A DNA stretch of 64,000 nucleotides from Elusimicrobiota bacterium (GTDB lineage: Bacteria > Elusimicrobiota > Elusimicrobia > UBA1565). This document shows, in pieces, positions 9,071-19,117 of this stretch; the first letter of the stretch is position 1; every line of letters starts with the position of its first letter. A program made the translations under genes and the position numbers. The notes under the pieces are model-generated. The model worked only from the letters and a program-made list of their open reading frames with translations, had not been told where the DNA came from and ran no database searches. The stretch spans positions 64,001 through 128,000 of the forward strand of contig JBDRPD010000050.1 of assembly GCA_043827405.1 (NCBI GenBank), in the 5' to 3' direction.

Positions 9071-10915
9071 ATGGAACGGGAACGCCGACTTTGGGCGCAG
9101 AAGCTGCCGCCGATAATCGTCGTTATATTCGCCTTCCTCTACAACTTCCCCTGCGGCTTGCGCTGGTTTGACCTATTTGACACTTCCATCATATTCGATG
9201 GAAGCTACCGCATGCTCTGCGGCCAGATACCCTGGCGTGATTTCTACGCTCCGTTCGGCCCTTTTCTATTTGGAGCGCAGGCGCTGATTTTTTCAGTTAT
9301 GGGCCCCTCATATCTCGCCTATGTCACATTTGCCTCGATCTTGAACGCAGCCATCACCGGCATTTTCCTGGCCTATGCCCATCGCCTCAGCCGGGACCGC
9401 TGGTTCTACCTCGCGGCGGCCATGGTCACGGCGATATGGAGCCTGCCGATGCATCGTGGGTACCCCTGGTACGAACACGGAGCGTTCCTGTTTGTGCACC
9501 TTGCTCTCTGGCCCCTACTGACGTCATCTCCCCGCAAGAATAATATCTGGCCAGCCGTTATCGCCGGCCTGGCAATCGCCGGCGCCTACTATGTGAAGCA
9601 GAGCGTCGGCGCCGTAGGCGGTCTGGTGCTGACGCTTTACCTGCTTCAGCTCGACTCCTGGAAGCGCGCTTGCTGGTTCATCGGCGGAGGCGCGCTGGGA
9701 TTCGCGGCGCTGACCGGCTGCTGGGTCGCGCTGGGCGGTGTCGACGCGGTATTTCGCTACACCTTCCTCCTTCCCCTGACCATGGGGCGGCACACCGGCC
9801 TGATCGAACCGCAGATGATCCCGTTATGGCTGGCCTTCGCTTTCGCGGGCAGATTCTTTCTTAAACGGAATGAATGGTGGCTGTGGATACCCACGGCATT
9901 CGCGTTGGCAAAATGCGCCGTAAGCCGCGCTATCTCTCTATATTTCTTCGCGCCGCTCCTAGCGCTCGCCTTCACGCGGCGACCCCGGGATCGGGCCTTG
10001 CTGTTGAGCCTGTCGCTGATCCAATATTTGGCGAAGCTGCTTTCGCCGAACGAAAGCTACGAATTCTTAATGTTGATCGGCGCGCAGCTCCTGATCTGTT
10101 CCGAAGCCGCGATGATTTGGCTGGCTGCGCATCGCGAAAAAATTCGCCAGCTTATCGGTCTTTCCGATGCGCGCTTCGCCCGCGCCTCTCTACTGGCGGT
10201 TTTTCTCTATGCACTATTCGTCGGCATCCGCTACGGACTGCTGAGAAAGATCACTCTTGCCTGGCTCTGGGTCCCGGTCGTCGGACCAGCATTCGGAATT
10301 GCGGCGCTGCTGGTGGGCACGGCCTGCCTGCTGGCATTCCGGGACGCCCGCAAGCGGGCGCCACGATCCGGGAGCGCCCCCCCCTGGCTGGTCGGCGGCG
10401 CGGGCATCCTCACGATCGGCGTAGCGCTGTTCGCTTTTTCACAGAGCCTGCAGGTCTATCGTCGCAAGCTCTCGGAACGTCACATAGACGTTTCTCTGCG
10501 CCAGCCGGATTTAGACTTGCTTAAACACCTTTACATGGAGTCTGCGGTTGCCGCATCGCTGGAAGACGTAACAGCTTACCTCAGAGCCCTACCGCCGGAG
10601 GCGAAGACATTTTTTGTCTACCCGGATCCTGCCGTGCTGTACGCGCTGCTCGGACAACCGCCCCCGCAGCCCTTTGTCTGGTTCCATCCCCAACTGACCT
10701 ACCGTAAGGGAGAACCGGATGAACCACGGCTGTGCGGAGCCCTGCGGCGCAACGGCGTGCGCACCGTTATTGTGCGCTCCCGCGACCCTGACACGACGCT
10801 GAGCGCCATCCCCTGCCTGGCGCAGTGGCTCGATACGACATTCTCCATGGAGACGAGATTTGGGGATTTTCACGTGTATCGATTTGGGAAAAAGGACAAA
10901 GTCTTCGTAAAATAG
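9071..10915 (+). CDS. Polytopic membrane protein, GT-C-like glycosyltransferase
   Basis: Many hydrophobic segments; N-terminal loop D..IIFD...GQIPWRDFYAPFGP; KQ..G motif; soluble C-terminal domain. Confidence 0.65.
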   Translation: MERERRLWAQKLPPIIVVIFAFLYNFPCGLRWFDLFDTSIIFDGSYRMLCGQIPWRDFYAPFGPFLFGAQALIFSVMGPSYLAYVTFASILNAAITGIFLAYAHRLSRDRWFYLAAAMVTAIWSLPMHRGYPWYEHGAFLFVHLALWPLLTSSPRKNNIWPAVIAGLAIAGAYYVKQSVGAVGGLVLTLYLLQLDSWKRACWFIGGGALGFAALTGCWVALGGVDAVFRYTFLLPLTMGRHTGLIEPQMIPLWLAFAFAGRFFLKRNEWWLWIPTAFALAKCAVSRAISLYFFAPLLALAFTRRPRDRALLLSLSLIQYLAKLLSPNESYEFLMLIGAQLLICSEAAMIWLAAHREKIRQLIGLSDARFARASLLAVFLYALFVGIRYGLLRKITLAWLWVPVVGPAFGIAALLVGTACLLAFRDARKRAPRSGSAPPWLVGGAGILTIGVALFAFSQSLQVYRRKLSERHIDVSLRQPDLDLLKHLYMESAVAASLEDVTAYLRALPPEAKTFFVYPDPAVLYALLGQPPPQPFVWFHPQLTYRKGEPDEPRLCGALRRNGVRTVIVRSRDPDTTLSAIPCLAQWLDTTFSMETRFGDFHVYRFGKKDKVFVK

Positions 10916-10916
10916 G

Positions 10917-11963
10917 ATGAATATGCATCTCGTCACGGGCGGTTCCGGCTATGTCGGCAGCTTTATCGCGCACGAACTGCTCCGACGCGGTGAGTCCGTC
11001 CGCGTCGTGGATTTGCTCGACCCCGTCCTCCAGCATCCACGCCTAGCATTCCACAAGCTCGATGTTCTGGATGCCGCCGGTCTGCGCGCGGCCATGACGG
11101 GAGTCGAATACGTCCACCATACCGCAGCACTGGTCCCGCTACGCAAAGCCGGGGCTCGCTTTTGGGAAGTCAACGTACGGGGAACGGAAAACGTGCTGAC
11201 CGCCGCGCGGGAGGCGGGCGTAAAGCATTTCTCCCACATGGGCTCATCCGCCGTCTTCGGCGCACACACGAAGACCGATTGCCCCATCACGGAAAGCACC
11301 CGCCGGCAGCCGATCGAGATTTACGGACGGAGCAAGTTGGCCGGGGAGGACCTCGTGCTCCAAGAAAATGAACGGCACGGCGGAATGACGTGTTCAATCA
11401 TCCGGCCGCGCACGATCGTGGGGACCGAGCGCCTCGGTATTTTCCAAGTCCTATTTGAATGGCTCAGTGAAGGGCGCGCCATCTATATCATCGGCGACGG
11501 GTCCAATGTCTTTCAGTTCGTGCATATAGACGATATTGTTGCCGTCAGCGTGGAGTCCGCGCTAAAACGCACACCGGGCATATTCAATATAGGAACCGAC
11601 CGTTACGGCACCCTGCGCGAGGCGCTAGAGAACCTCAGCCGCCACGCCGCCACGGGCTCCCGCATCCGCGGCCTTCCCGTCGCCCCCAGCATGGCCGCCC
11701 TATGGGCGCTGGATCATATGGGGCTATGTCCGCTCGCGCCATGGCATTACCGAACCTACCATAAGGATTTTTACTTCGACCTAAAAAAGCCTTTTCGGGA
11801 ACTTTCTTGGCGACCGAAGTACTCCAACGACGAGATGCTGGCGATCTCTTACGATTGGTATATGAAGAATAAGAAAAAAATCGACGCCGAATCCTCCACG
11901 GGCTCGGCACACCGCAGCCGCATCTCCCAACGCGCACTCGGCCTACTAAAGCGACTGTCGTAA
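10917..11963 (+). CDS. NAD-dependent epimerase/dehydratase (extended SDR)
   Basis: TGGSGYVG, YGRSK. Confidence 0.9.
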   Translation: MNMHLVTGGSGYVGSFIAHELLRRGESVRVVDLLDPVLQHPRLAFHKLDVLDAAGLRAAMTGVEYVHHTAALVPLRKAGARFWEVNVRGTENVLTAAREAGVKHFSHMGSSAVFGAHTKTDCPITESTRRQPIEIYGRSKLAGEDLVLQENERHGGMTCSIIRPRTIVGTERLGIFQVLFEWLSEGRAIYIIGDGSNVFQFVHIDDIVAVSVESALKRTPGIFNIGTDRYGTLREALENLSRHAATGSRIRGLPVAPSMAALWALDHMGLCPLAPWHYRTYHKDFYFDLKKPFRELSWRPKYSNDEMLAISYDWYMKNKKKIDAESSTGSAHRSRISQRALGLLKRLS

Positions 11964-11968
11964 CCCTC

Positions 11969-13027
11969 TCACGCGCCGCCGGCAGACATCTGCCCCTGCG
12001 CGATGCACCAGGCGATAGAGCGCCGCATCCCCTCCGCTAAAGCGATTCGCGGATCGTAGCCGATTTCCGCTTGGGCTCGGGCAATCGAACAGGCGATATC
12101 CTGATTCGTCTCCGAAAGCACATGGATCTTCTGGTGATATAATCCGGCGGCCTGCAGCAGCCGGTCAGTCGCCCGGGCGACATCGGCAGCGATACCGGGC
12201 AGCGGCAGTCTCCCTCGGCGTACCGGCATGGAAAAATCATTTTCCATAACCCGCTCAATCGTCTCGATAACCTCGTTCCAAGTATAGGGGCGCTTATCGG
12301 CGATCCAATAAGTTTGCCCCGCGGCCCGCGGCTCACGAGCCGCCAGCAATAGGCCGGCGCAAAGATTATCGATATACGCCATGGAACGCCGGCATTGTCC
12401 ACCACCGACTACCGGCACGCGGCCCTCTCGTATCATTTCAAAGAACAGGGATTGGCGCGGCGGCTGGTTCGGACCATAAAACCAGGGGGCGCGGATAATC
12501 ACACTTTCCAACGTTCCCGACGCATGCAACTCACGCACCAGAAGCTCCATATGCATTTTCGAGCGGCCATAGTGCATATATGGATTGTAGGGCGAAAATT
12601 CGTCAAACAGATGGTCTGGATGCGGGTTGCAGCCGCAAGGAGAGTTGGAGGAGACGATGACGGCGCGCCGCACGCCCGCTTTCGCGGCAGCCGTTAGAAG
12701 ATTACGCACTCCGTTGACGTTTACCTCATAATACTCCCGCACCCGGCGCGGATGGATCACTCCCGCACAATGATAGAGCACGGCGTCGCGCATCCCGGAA
12801 CAAAAGCGTCCGCAATCCGCGGGGCTGCGCAGATCCCCCTCCACCAACTCAAGTCGCGGCGCCAGTGCGGCAAGCGCCCGCTTTTGACCCGACAGGACGA
12901 AGCAGCGCGGCGGCGCGGCGGCGTCCTGCGCCAAGAATTCCGCCATCCGCGAACCGAGCCAACCCGTCGCACCGGTAACCAGCGCGGGCCCGCCGATCGG
13001 TCGGATACGGGGTTCATCGACGCACAT
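11969..13027 (-). CDS. NAD-dependent epimerase/dehydratase (extended SDR)
   Basis: TGATGWLG, YGRSK. Confidence 0.9.
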   Translation of the reverse strand: MCVDEPRIRPIGGPALVTGATGWLGSRMAEFLAQDAAAPPRCFVLSGQKRALAALAPRLELVEGDLRSPADCGRFCSGMRDAVLYHCAGVIHPRRVREYYEVNVNGVRNLLTAAAKAGVRRAVIVSSNSPCGCNPHPDHLFDEFSPYNPYMHYGRSKMHMELLVRELHASGTLESVIIRAPWFYGPNQPPRQSLFFEMIREGRVPVVGGGQCRRSMAYIDNLCAGLLLAAREPRAAGQTYWIADKRPYTWNEVIETIERVMENDFSMPVRRGRLPLPGIAADVARATDRLLQAAGLYHQKIHVLSETNQDIACSIARAQAEIGYDPRIALAEGMRRSIAWCIAQGQMSAGGA

Positions 13028-13028
13028 C

Positions 13029-14492
13029 TTAAAGCTTCCCCAGATGGGCTAGAGCGTTTCGCCGCGCGATCGCCATAATCGCCCCCTGAGGGTTCACCCC
13101 TGGCGGGCCGCAGAGCAAACTCGCATCGGCGATATGGAGATTCTTATGCCCGAACACGCGACCAAAGGAATCCGCCGTGCAGGCGGCCCGCTTTTCCCCC
13201 ATGGGACACGTTGAGAAGAGATGGACGGTCATCAGTCCGGCCAGCTCGCCGGCCAGGACCTTGGGCAAGCTTCGGAGATCGCCCGGACCGCGAAGCTCTC
13301 TCATGCCGGTCACGACAGGATAGAGGCGCTTCGCGCCCGCCGCGAAAAGAAGCTGTGCGAGCCGGCACAGCCCCTTCGCCAGCTCACGGAGATCATTTTC
13401 TGAGACAGGGTAGCGCACCACCGGATCGAAGAACCCGGGAACGGTACGGACAGAACCGCTGACAGCGGATGGCGTCATCGCGTAGAACACCGCCATATTC
13501 CTCCATGAATCATTCACCCGTCGCAGGCACTCGGGGTGCCCCAGCAGCGCCATCGCCAAATGCGGGGGGGAACTGATCGAACAGCCGAACGACAGGCCCT
13601 GCGCCGCGTCTTTGACCTGATGCGCCGGCACCCCCATTCCCTCCGCATTGACTGCTTCTGGGAACTCCGCGACAAGTTTGACGGTCGGATGGAGTCCGAG
13701 AGAGTCGCCGACATGGGCGCCCAGGCCGCTGCGCCGCAATAGTGCAGGAGTCCCCACCGCGCCGCAGGCCAAAAACAGGGTGTGTGCGCGGATGGCGCAA
13801 GGCTTATGACGCGCCGTCACCGCTTCGACTCGCCAATCCGTCCCATCACGGCGGATGCGCGTCGCCTTTGTCTCCGCGATCAAGCGCCCGCCCGCCTTTA
13901 GAAAGCGCGGGATATACGTACGCGACATCGTCTGCTTGATTCCTTCTCGTGGAGACTCCTCGACGGGGTAACCGCACATCCGCGGTACCTCAAAGCACGT
14001 CAGGCCCTCCGCTTGAGCGCCGGCGGCGAGCTTGCGCGCGGGCATTTCCGCCCCGCCGGGGGCCCGGCCGACAGTGAGCTCCTGTTCGCACGCCGCGAAA
14101 TGAGACTGCAGCTCCTGCTCTGTAAGATGTTCGGTGTGAAAATCCTGCCGCCACCGATCGAGTACGGCGGACGGAAGGCGATGGAATAATGCGCTGTTGA
14201 TCTCGCTGCCTCCTCCCACCACCCGACCTTCCGCATACGTGATGCGTGCACGCCCCATCGCGACCGTCACGCCGCCGTTGCGGTATTTCTGCAGGACCTC
14301 TACCAGCGAGAATGCGGGACAGGATTCGGGCGCCAAACGTCGCCCTTCTTCAATAAGGACGACATCCCGCCCCGCCTCGGCCAAGAGAGCGGCAGTCAAG
14401 GCGCCACCCGGACCAGAACCGACCACGGCGATGTCCGCGCAAACGAGACCGGGGCATTGAGAATCCGCTGCGCCGGGCGCCGATTTAGACAT
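13029..14492 (-). CDS. GMC family FAD oxidoreductase
   Basis: VVGSGPGG, GRVVGGGSEINS, H.FSTCPMG, ADASL...GVNPQ. Confidence 0.9.
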   Translation of the reverse strand: MSKSAPGAADSQCPGLVCADIAVVGSGPGGALTAALLAEAGRDVVLIEEGRRLAPESCPAFSLVEVLQKYRNGGVTVAMGRARITYAEGRVVGGGSEINSALFHRLPSAVLDRWRQDFHTEHLTEQELQSHFAACEQELTVGRAPGGAEMPARKLAAGAQAEGLTCFEVPRMCGYPVEESPREGIKQTMSRTYIPRFLKAGGRLIAETKATRIRRDGTDWRVEAVTARHKPCAIRAHTLFLACGAVGTPALLRRSGLGAHVGDSLGLHPTVKLVAEFPEAVNAEGMGVPAHQVKDAAQGLSFGCSISSPPHLAMALLGHPECLRRVNDSWRNMAVFYAMTPSAVSGSVRTVPGFFDPVVRYPVSENDLRELAKGLCRLAQLLFAAGAKRLYPVVTGMRELRGPGDLRSLPKVLAGELAGLMTVHLFSTCPMGEKRAACTADSFGRVFGHKNLHIADASLLCGPPGVNPQGAIMAIARRNALAHLGKL

Positions 14493-14868
14493 AATCCCGA
14501 AGCCCCGCGCATTTAGAATTTTTTCCTAAACGGGAATAGAGGGCAAAGACCGCAAGCCCCTCAAAAAAGCGGATAAAGTCGCGGCAGGCGCGCAGCCGCG
14601 CGCGGCGCCAGGAGCGGACCTGCTCCAGGCGCACGCCACGGGGGTTGCGATGGAAGAAGCTCCCGCCGCGCGCCACTCCCGCCACAGCGAATGCCAACGT
14701 CAACAACCTCATCGGCAGGCGCAGATAGTCCGGCATGCGTGCAAGCTCAAGTTCCAAGAACAGAGCGACATCATTGTACGGCGCGGCCAGTTCGGCGCTC
14801 TCGGACGGAGCGGCCTCCGCGGCGAGCGAATACGCCAAGGCGGAAACGGTATTACGGAGAAGAGCCAT
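14485..14868 (-). CDS. Small protein coupled to the GMC oxidoreductase (possible accessory subunit)
   Basis: 127 aa ORF between ubiA-like and GMC genes, overlapping the GMC start; helical with F...R..W motif. Confidence 0.6.
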   Translation of the reverse strand: MALLRNTVSALAYSLAAEAAPSESAELAAPYNDVALFLELELARMPDYLRLPMRLLTLAFAVAGVARGGSFFHRNPRGVRLEQVRSWRRARLRACRDFIRFFEGLAVFALYSRLGKNSKCAGLRDYV

Positions 14869-14871
14869 GGA

Positions 14872-16320
14872 CTATTTGCTCGCGAACGCGAGGATGCAAC
14901 CCATGATCAGGGCCGTAATATAGCTGACCCGGTCCTGCAAGGCGAAAACCACTGGGTCATGATTAACCTGCCCGCGATGTGCAAGGAACCAAATGCGGTT
15001 GAACCAATACAAAATGATCGGGCAGACGATCCAGAGCAGCGCGGGCCGAGCATAGAACTGCAGCATCTGCTCACTATTGATATAGAGCGCGAAGACCAGC
15101 GCCGCGAGATAACCGCTGGTCGCCCCCATATTCATCAACTGATCCATATCCGACGGTCGGTACGCCCGCTCCCGCGCAGATGCGCGGGAATCGCTGTGAA
15201 TCCGCCGCAGTTCAACATAGCGCTTCAGCAGCGCGAGGCTCAGAAACGCGAACATCGAAAAAGCCAGCAGCCAGGGAGAATAGGGCAGCCCAGAAACGGC
15301 GTGTCCCGCGATCAGTCTCAAGGTGTAGAGAAAAGCGAGACAAAAAACATCAAGGAGAAGGACTTGACGAATAACGAGCGAGTACGCGACGGCACAGACG
15401 CCATAGGCAGCCAAAACCAAGAGGAAGCTCGAACCCGCCAGCAGGCCAAGAGCCCCGCTAGCGAGCAGCAGTAGCCCAGCCAAGGGCAGCCCGTAAACGA
15501 TGGGGAACGCTCCGGAAGCGAACGGGCGGCTCTTCTTGGACGGATGGACGCGGTCGGCGGCCAGGTCCAACAGGTCATTTATCAGATAGATGGCGCCCGC
15601 ACATAGGCTGAAGCTCAGCACGCCGGCCAGTCCCCGCAGCAGCAACGGGATATCCGTCAGCTGGTGCGCAGTGATGTAGGGAATAAAAATGAGGATGTTC
15701 TTGATCCAATGGTGGGGACGTATAGCCAGGAATAGGTTTTTCCAGAAGTCCGTCTTGATTTCGAACACCCGTTCGAGCCTTGCCTCCCGCTTGACGCGGG
15801 CCAGCAGAGAGCCGCTCGGGTTGACCACGAACGACTTGCGCGCGGCAGCGAACACGGGCAGGTCCTTAAACGAATCTCCCACATAGTCGAAGCCGCACAC
15901 CCCAAAACGCTGCCGCAAGACGTCCCTTTTTTCCTCGCCCGCGAGATTCCGCTCGCCGTCGCTCGCCACGATCTCGTCGAAAAATCCCAGGTGCTCAGCG
16001 ACGCATTCAGCCGCGCGCAGATCGCTAGCGGTCGCCAGCACGATACGCCGCCCAGACTCCCGCTCCCGCTTAATATAAAGTACCACCTCTTCGTTGTAGG
16101 GGAGAAGCGAGGCGTCGATCGAAACTCGAGCGGCAATCTCACGCTTAAAGGCCGCTCTCCCGCGCAGTAGCCAGAACGGAAGCAGCAGCATAAACAAAGG
16201 ATTGCGCTTAAGAAGAAGCAGCAGCGATTCGGCGAGAAGATCCGTACGAACTAACGAACCATCAAGATCCACGCACAACACCGGCAGGGAGCCGGATTTC
16301 TGTAAATTCTCTTGCCCCAT
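14872..16320 (-). CDS. HAD-like phosphatase fused to UbiA-family polyprenyl-phosphate phosphoribosyltransferase
   Basis: N-terminal VDLDGSL and YVGDS..D; C-terminal RPHHWIKN, YLINDLLDLAADRVHPSKKSRPFASG, KRY.E, HDPVVFA. Confidence 0.9.
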   Translation of the reverse strand: MGQENLQKSGSLPVLCVDLDGSLVRTDLLAESLLLLLKRNPLFMLLLPFWLLRGRAAFKREIAARVSIDASLLPYNEEVVLYIKRERESGRRIVLATASDLRAAECVAEHLGFFDEIVASDGERNLAGEEKRDVLRQRFGVCGFDYVGDSFKDLPVFAAARKSFVVNPSGSLLARVKREARLERVFEIKTDFWKNLFLAIRPHHWIKNILIFIPYITAHQLTDIPLLLRGLAGVLSFSLCAGAIYLINDLLDLAADRVHPSKKSRPFASGAFPIVYGLPLAGLLLLASGALGLLAGSSFLLVLAAYGVCAVAYSLVIRQVLLLDVFCLAFLYTLRLIAGHAVSGLPYSPWLLAFSMFAFLSLALLKRYVELRRIHSDSRASARERAYRPSDMDQLMNMGATSGYLAALVFALYINSEQMLQFYARPALLWIVCPIILYWFNRIWFLAHRGQVNHDPVVFALQDRVSYITALIMGCILAFASK

Positions 16321-16371
16321 ATTAAAATTCGCCTGTAGCGTACTACATTTCTTTGCTGCCCGACCGGCTAA

Positions 16372-16815
16372 TCAGCGGCGCTTCTCGGCGGCGTCTTTAA
16401 TAGCGCCGGAGATATCGGGGTTCTTCTGCATCAGCGCATCCAGCCCGTCCTTCTCAAGCACAAAGCATCGCGTCGTCTCGATGCAGACGATGGTCGCCGA
16501 GCGCGGCTGATTGTAGATTAGAGCCAGCTCACCGAAGAAGTCGCCGCGGCCGAGCGTAGCGAGGGTTTTGCGCATGCCGAGAAATCCCTTGGTGCGGACG
16601 TCGACCCGGCCGCGGTAGAGGATATAGAAAGAGTCTCCCTCCTCGCCTTCCTTGAGGATGGTCTCACCCTCCTTAAACTCGACGAGGTCGACGTAAAACA
16701 TCAGGCGGCCGGCCTGCTCCTCGCTCAGCACCGAGAAAATATCAAGCTCTTTGAGGCTGTCCATCAGGAACTGAACATGGGCGCGCGAACGCGCCGCGGT
16801 GCTGATGATTCTCAT
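16372..16815 (-). CDS. Stand-alone cyclic nucleotide-binding domain protein
   Basis: EGEEGDSFYIL..G, GDFFGELAL, PRSAT. Confidence 0.9.
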   Translation of the reverse strand: MRIISTAARSRAHVQFLMDSLKELDIFSVLSEEQAGRLMFYVDLVEFKEGETILKEGEEGDSFYILYRGRVDVRTKGFLGMRKTLATLGRGDFFGELALIYNQPRSATIVCIETTRCFVLEKDGLDALMQKNPDISGAIKDAAEKRR

Positions 16816-16888
16816 ATGGATAGCTTAACAAACCTCGCCCCCGCCGGACCTTGACGGTCGGGGTCCGCTCCACTAAACTTATCTCAAG

Positions 16889-18379
16889 ATGGCACTCCGC
16901 ATCCTCTCTATCTTCGCGGCCTGCGGACTCTTCCTGACCGCGCCGGCGCACAGCCAATTTGACTACGAGCTCTACAATCGGGCGGTGCAGACGCGTTGGG
17001 TCTACATCTTAAGCAAAAACGATGTTGTATCGCAGGACTCGAGGATGCAGTCCCAGCTCTATCAACTGGAGAACGCCCAACGGATGGTGGAGGTCTACAA
17101 GACCGGCTACTACCACGATTACTATCAGGACCAGATGGACAAGGCCCAGACCGAAATCGAAAGCATCCAGGAGAAGATGGACCAGACGGCGGAGGTTCAT
17201 ATCAAGGCGGCCACCGAATACGCCGCGGTAGAGGACGAGCATAAAGAGAAGAACGGCCGCTACATGGATTCCTACCACTACAACGAAGCCTTCGCCATCC
17301 GGGAGGAGGCGAAAAAAGAAGCCGCCGCGAAAGCGGCCATCGAGGCCGCCCGCCAAGAGGCTGAGCGCGAGACCCAGGAGCAGAAGGAGGACGAAGAGAA
17401 GCGCGAGTCGCAAATAAAAGAAGAAGACGCGCGCAACGCCCGACAGCGGGAGCTGAGCAAGGCAGACATTCAGCGCGCCAAAAGCCTCGAAAAAGAGATG
17501 GGCGAAACGAAGATCGACCCGTCCATGCTCGTCGCGGCCGCCGCGGGCATGAAAATCAGCGGCATCGCAACGCCGCGCAACCCGCCGCCCGCCGAAGCGC
17601 CCGGCACGCCCCCCGCCATGCCGCCCCGGCCAAATGGCCCAGCGGACGACGCCAAAACATCCGCCGCGGGCGCCCCCCGGGCCGCCGCCGAGCAAACCCT
17701 GGACATCGAGCAGGCGGTAATGCCGACGAAAAGCCCGAATCAGGACGGACGCCGCCTCGGCGGCGCAGGCCTGCCCTTCATGCGCGAAGGGGAAACACAG
17801 CTCTCCCTCGGAGATCTCAATGAGGCGCTCAAGAAAGCGGCGGAGGCCGTCCGTGCCGACCCCGACCGGCCCGACGGCTACGTTCTGCAATCCAAGGTGC
17901 TTAATCGCCTCGGCCGGTTCGACGACGCCGCCCGCTCCGCGCAGGACGCGCTGCAGCGGGACCCCGACAACCTTGAGGCGCTCCTGGCCCTGGCCTGGGC
18001 GCAGCTCCATCTCAAGAATTACGCAGCCGCGGCGGCGATCGCCTCGGCGGCGGTATCCCGCCATCCGGAAGACGCGCGAGCCTACGTATTCCGGGCCTTC
18101 GCCAACGAATGCCTGGGAAACCGCGAGGCCATGCTGGCCGACCTGCGGATAGCGGCCGACCTCGACCCCCAACGCTTCGCGAAACACCTGCGCCGAGCGC
18201 TGAGAAACAAGACCCTGTTCGATCCCGGCACCAACAACGACTGGCTGATCCTGCCGGACGGCCGGTGGCCCGTCGAGAATTCCGGCAGATTCACCTCCTT
18301 GCTTATCGGCCTGCTGATCGGGAGCGGCGCGTCATTACTCGCCCTGCGCTTCATTCCGCGGCGCAAAAAAGACGCTTAA
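16889..18379 (+). CDS. Exported coiled-coil/TPR protein with C-terminal membrane anchor
   Basis: Signal peptide, charged coiled coil, Pro-rich linker, TPR-like repeats, terminal TM followed by RRKK; promoter TTGACG-N17-TAAACT at 16851-16879. Confidence 0.75.
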   Translation: MALRILSIFAACGLFLTAPAHSQFDYELYNRAVQTRWVYILSKNDVVSQDSRMQSQLYQLENAQRMVEVYKTGYYHDYYQDQMDKAQTEIESIQEKMDQTAEVHIKAATEYAAVEDEHKEKNGRYMDSYHYNEAFAIREEAKKEAAAKAAIEAARQEAERETQEQKEDEEKRESQIKEEDARNARQRELSKADIQRAKSLEKEMGETKIDPSMLVAAAAGMKISGIATPRNPPPAEAPGTPPAMPPRPNGPADDAKTSAAGAPRAAAEQTLDIEQAVMPTKSPNQDGRRLGGAGLPFMREGETQLSLGDLNEALKKAAEAVRADPDRPDGYVLQSKVLNRLGRFDDAARSAQDALQRDPDNLEALLALAWAQLHLKNYAAAAAIASAAVSRHPEDARAYVFRAFANECLGNREAMLADLRIAADLDPQRFAKHLRRALRNKTLFDPGTNNDWLILPDGRWPVENSGRFTSLLIGLLIGSGASLLALRFIPRRKKDA

Positions 18380-18425
18380 GACCGGGGGCCTGGCGCACAT
18401 TGAGTTTTGCGACTAAACTCTCAGC

Positions 18426-19055
18426 GTGATTGAGTATGTCATTGCGCAGAACCCGGACGACCGGATCCTGAAAAGGGCGAGCGATGTCCTATCCCGGGGG
18501 GGGCTGGTCTGCCTGCCCACGGACACCAACTGGGTCGTCTGCGCCGATCCATACTCGAAACACGGGGTCGAGAAGCTCTACCACCTCAAGAAAGCCGAGC
18601 CGCAGAAGCACTTCAGCGTGCTGTGCGACACGATCTCCCGGGCCGCCGAGATCGCGTATATCGACAACTCCGCCTTTCGTACGCTGCGCGGGAAAATCCC
18701 CGGCCATTTCACTTTCATCTTCCGGGCGCAAAAGAAGATCACCAAGAGTTTAAAAGCCTCAAAAAAGGACCACGAAATCGGCATCCGCTTTCCCCCCGAC
18801 ACACTGGTGCAGAGAATGATCGAAGCCCACGGCGGCGTTCTGCTGTCCACCAACCTGACCAGCGAGATGCTGGGACCCGATTCCAAGGACATGGAGCCTT
18901 ACGGCTACCTGATCGAGGACTCGCTAAAGCACGTTATCGACATCGTGCTCGATCCCGGCGAATTCCAGTTCGCGGGCGCCAGCACCATAGTGCGCTTGCT
19001 GGCCGACGCGGAGCCCGAGGTCCTGCGTCAGGGCGCCGGCAGCTGGGACGAATAA
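18426..19055 (+). CDS. Sua5/YciO/YrdC family protein (threonylcarbamoyl-AMP synthase-like, YciO type)
   Basis: LPTDT, PG.FTFI, IGIRFP, STN, ST.V, RQGAG. Confidence 0.88.
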   Translation: MIEYVIAQNPDDRILKRASDVLSRGGLVCLPTDTNWVVCADPYSKHGVEKLYHLKKAEPQKHFSVLCDTISRAAEIAYIDNSAFRTLRGKIPGHFTFIFRAQKKITKSLKASKKDHEIGIRFPPDTLVQRMIEAHGGVLLSTNLTSEMLGPDSKDMEPYGYLIEDSLKHVIDIVLDPGEFQFAGASTIVRLLADAEPEVLRQGAGSWDE

Positions 19056-19077
19056 CCGCTGGCGGGCCGGACCGCAA

Positions 19078-19095
19078 ATACGTATAATTACGTAT
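19078..19095. promoter_or_regulatory. Palindrome overlapping TATAAT (candidate operator)
   Basis: ATACGTA-TAAT-TACGTAT; TATAAT at 19083-19088. Confidence 0.55.
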
Positions 19096-19117
19096 ACCCC
19101 CCTCACCACGAAACCAC

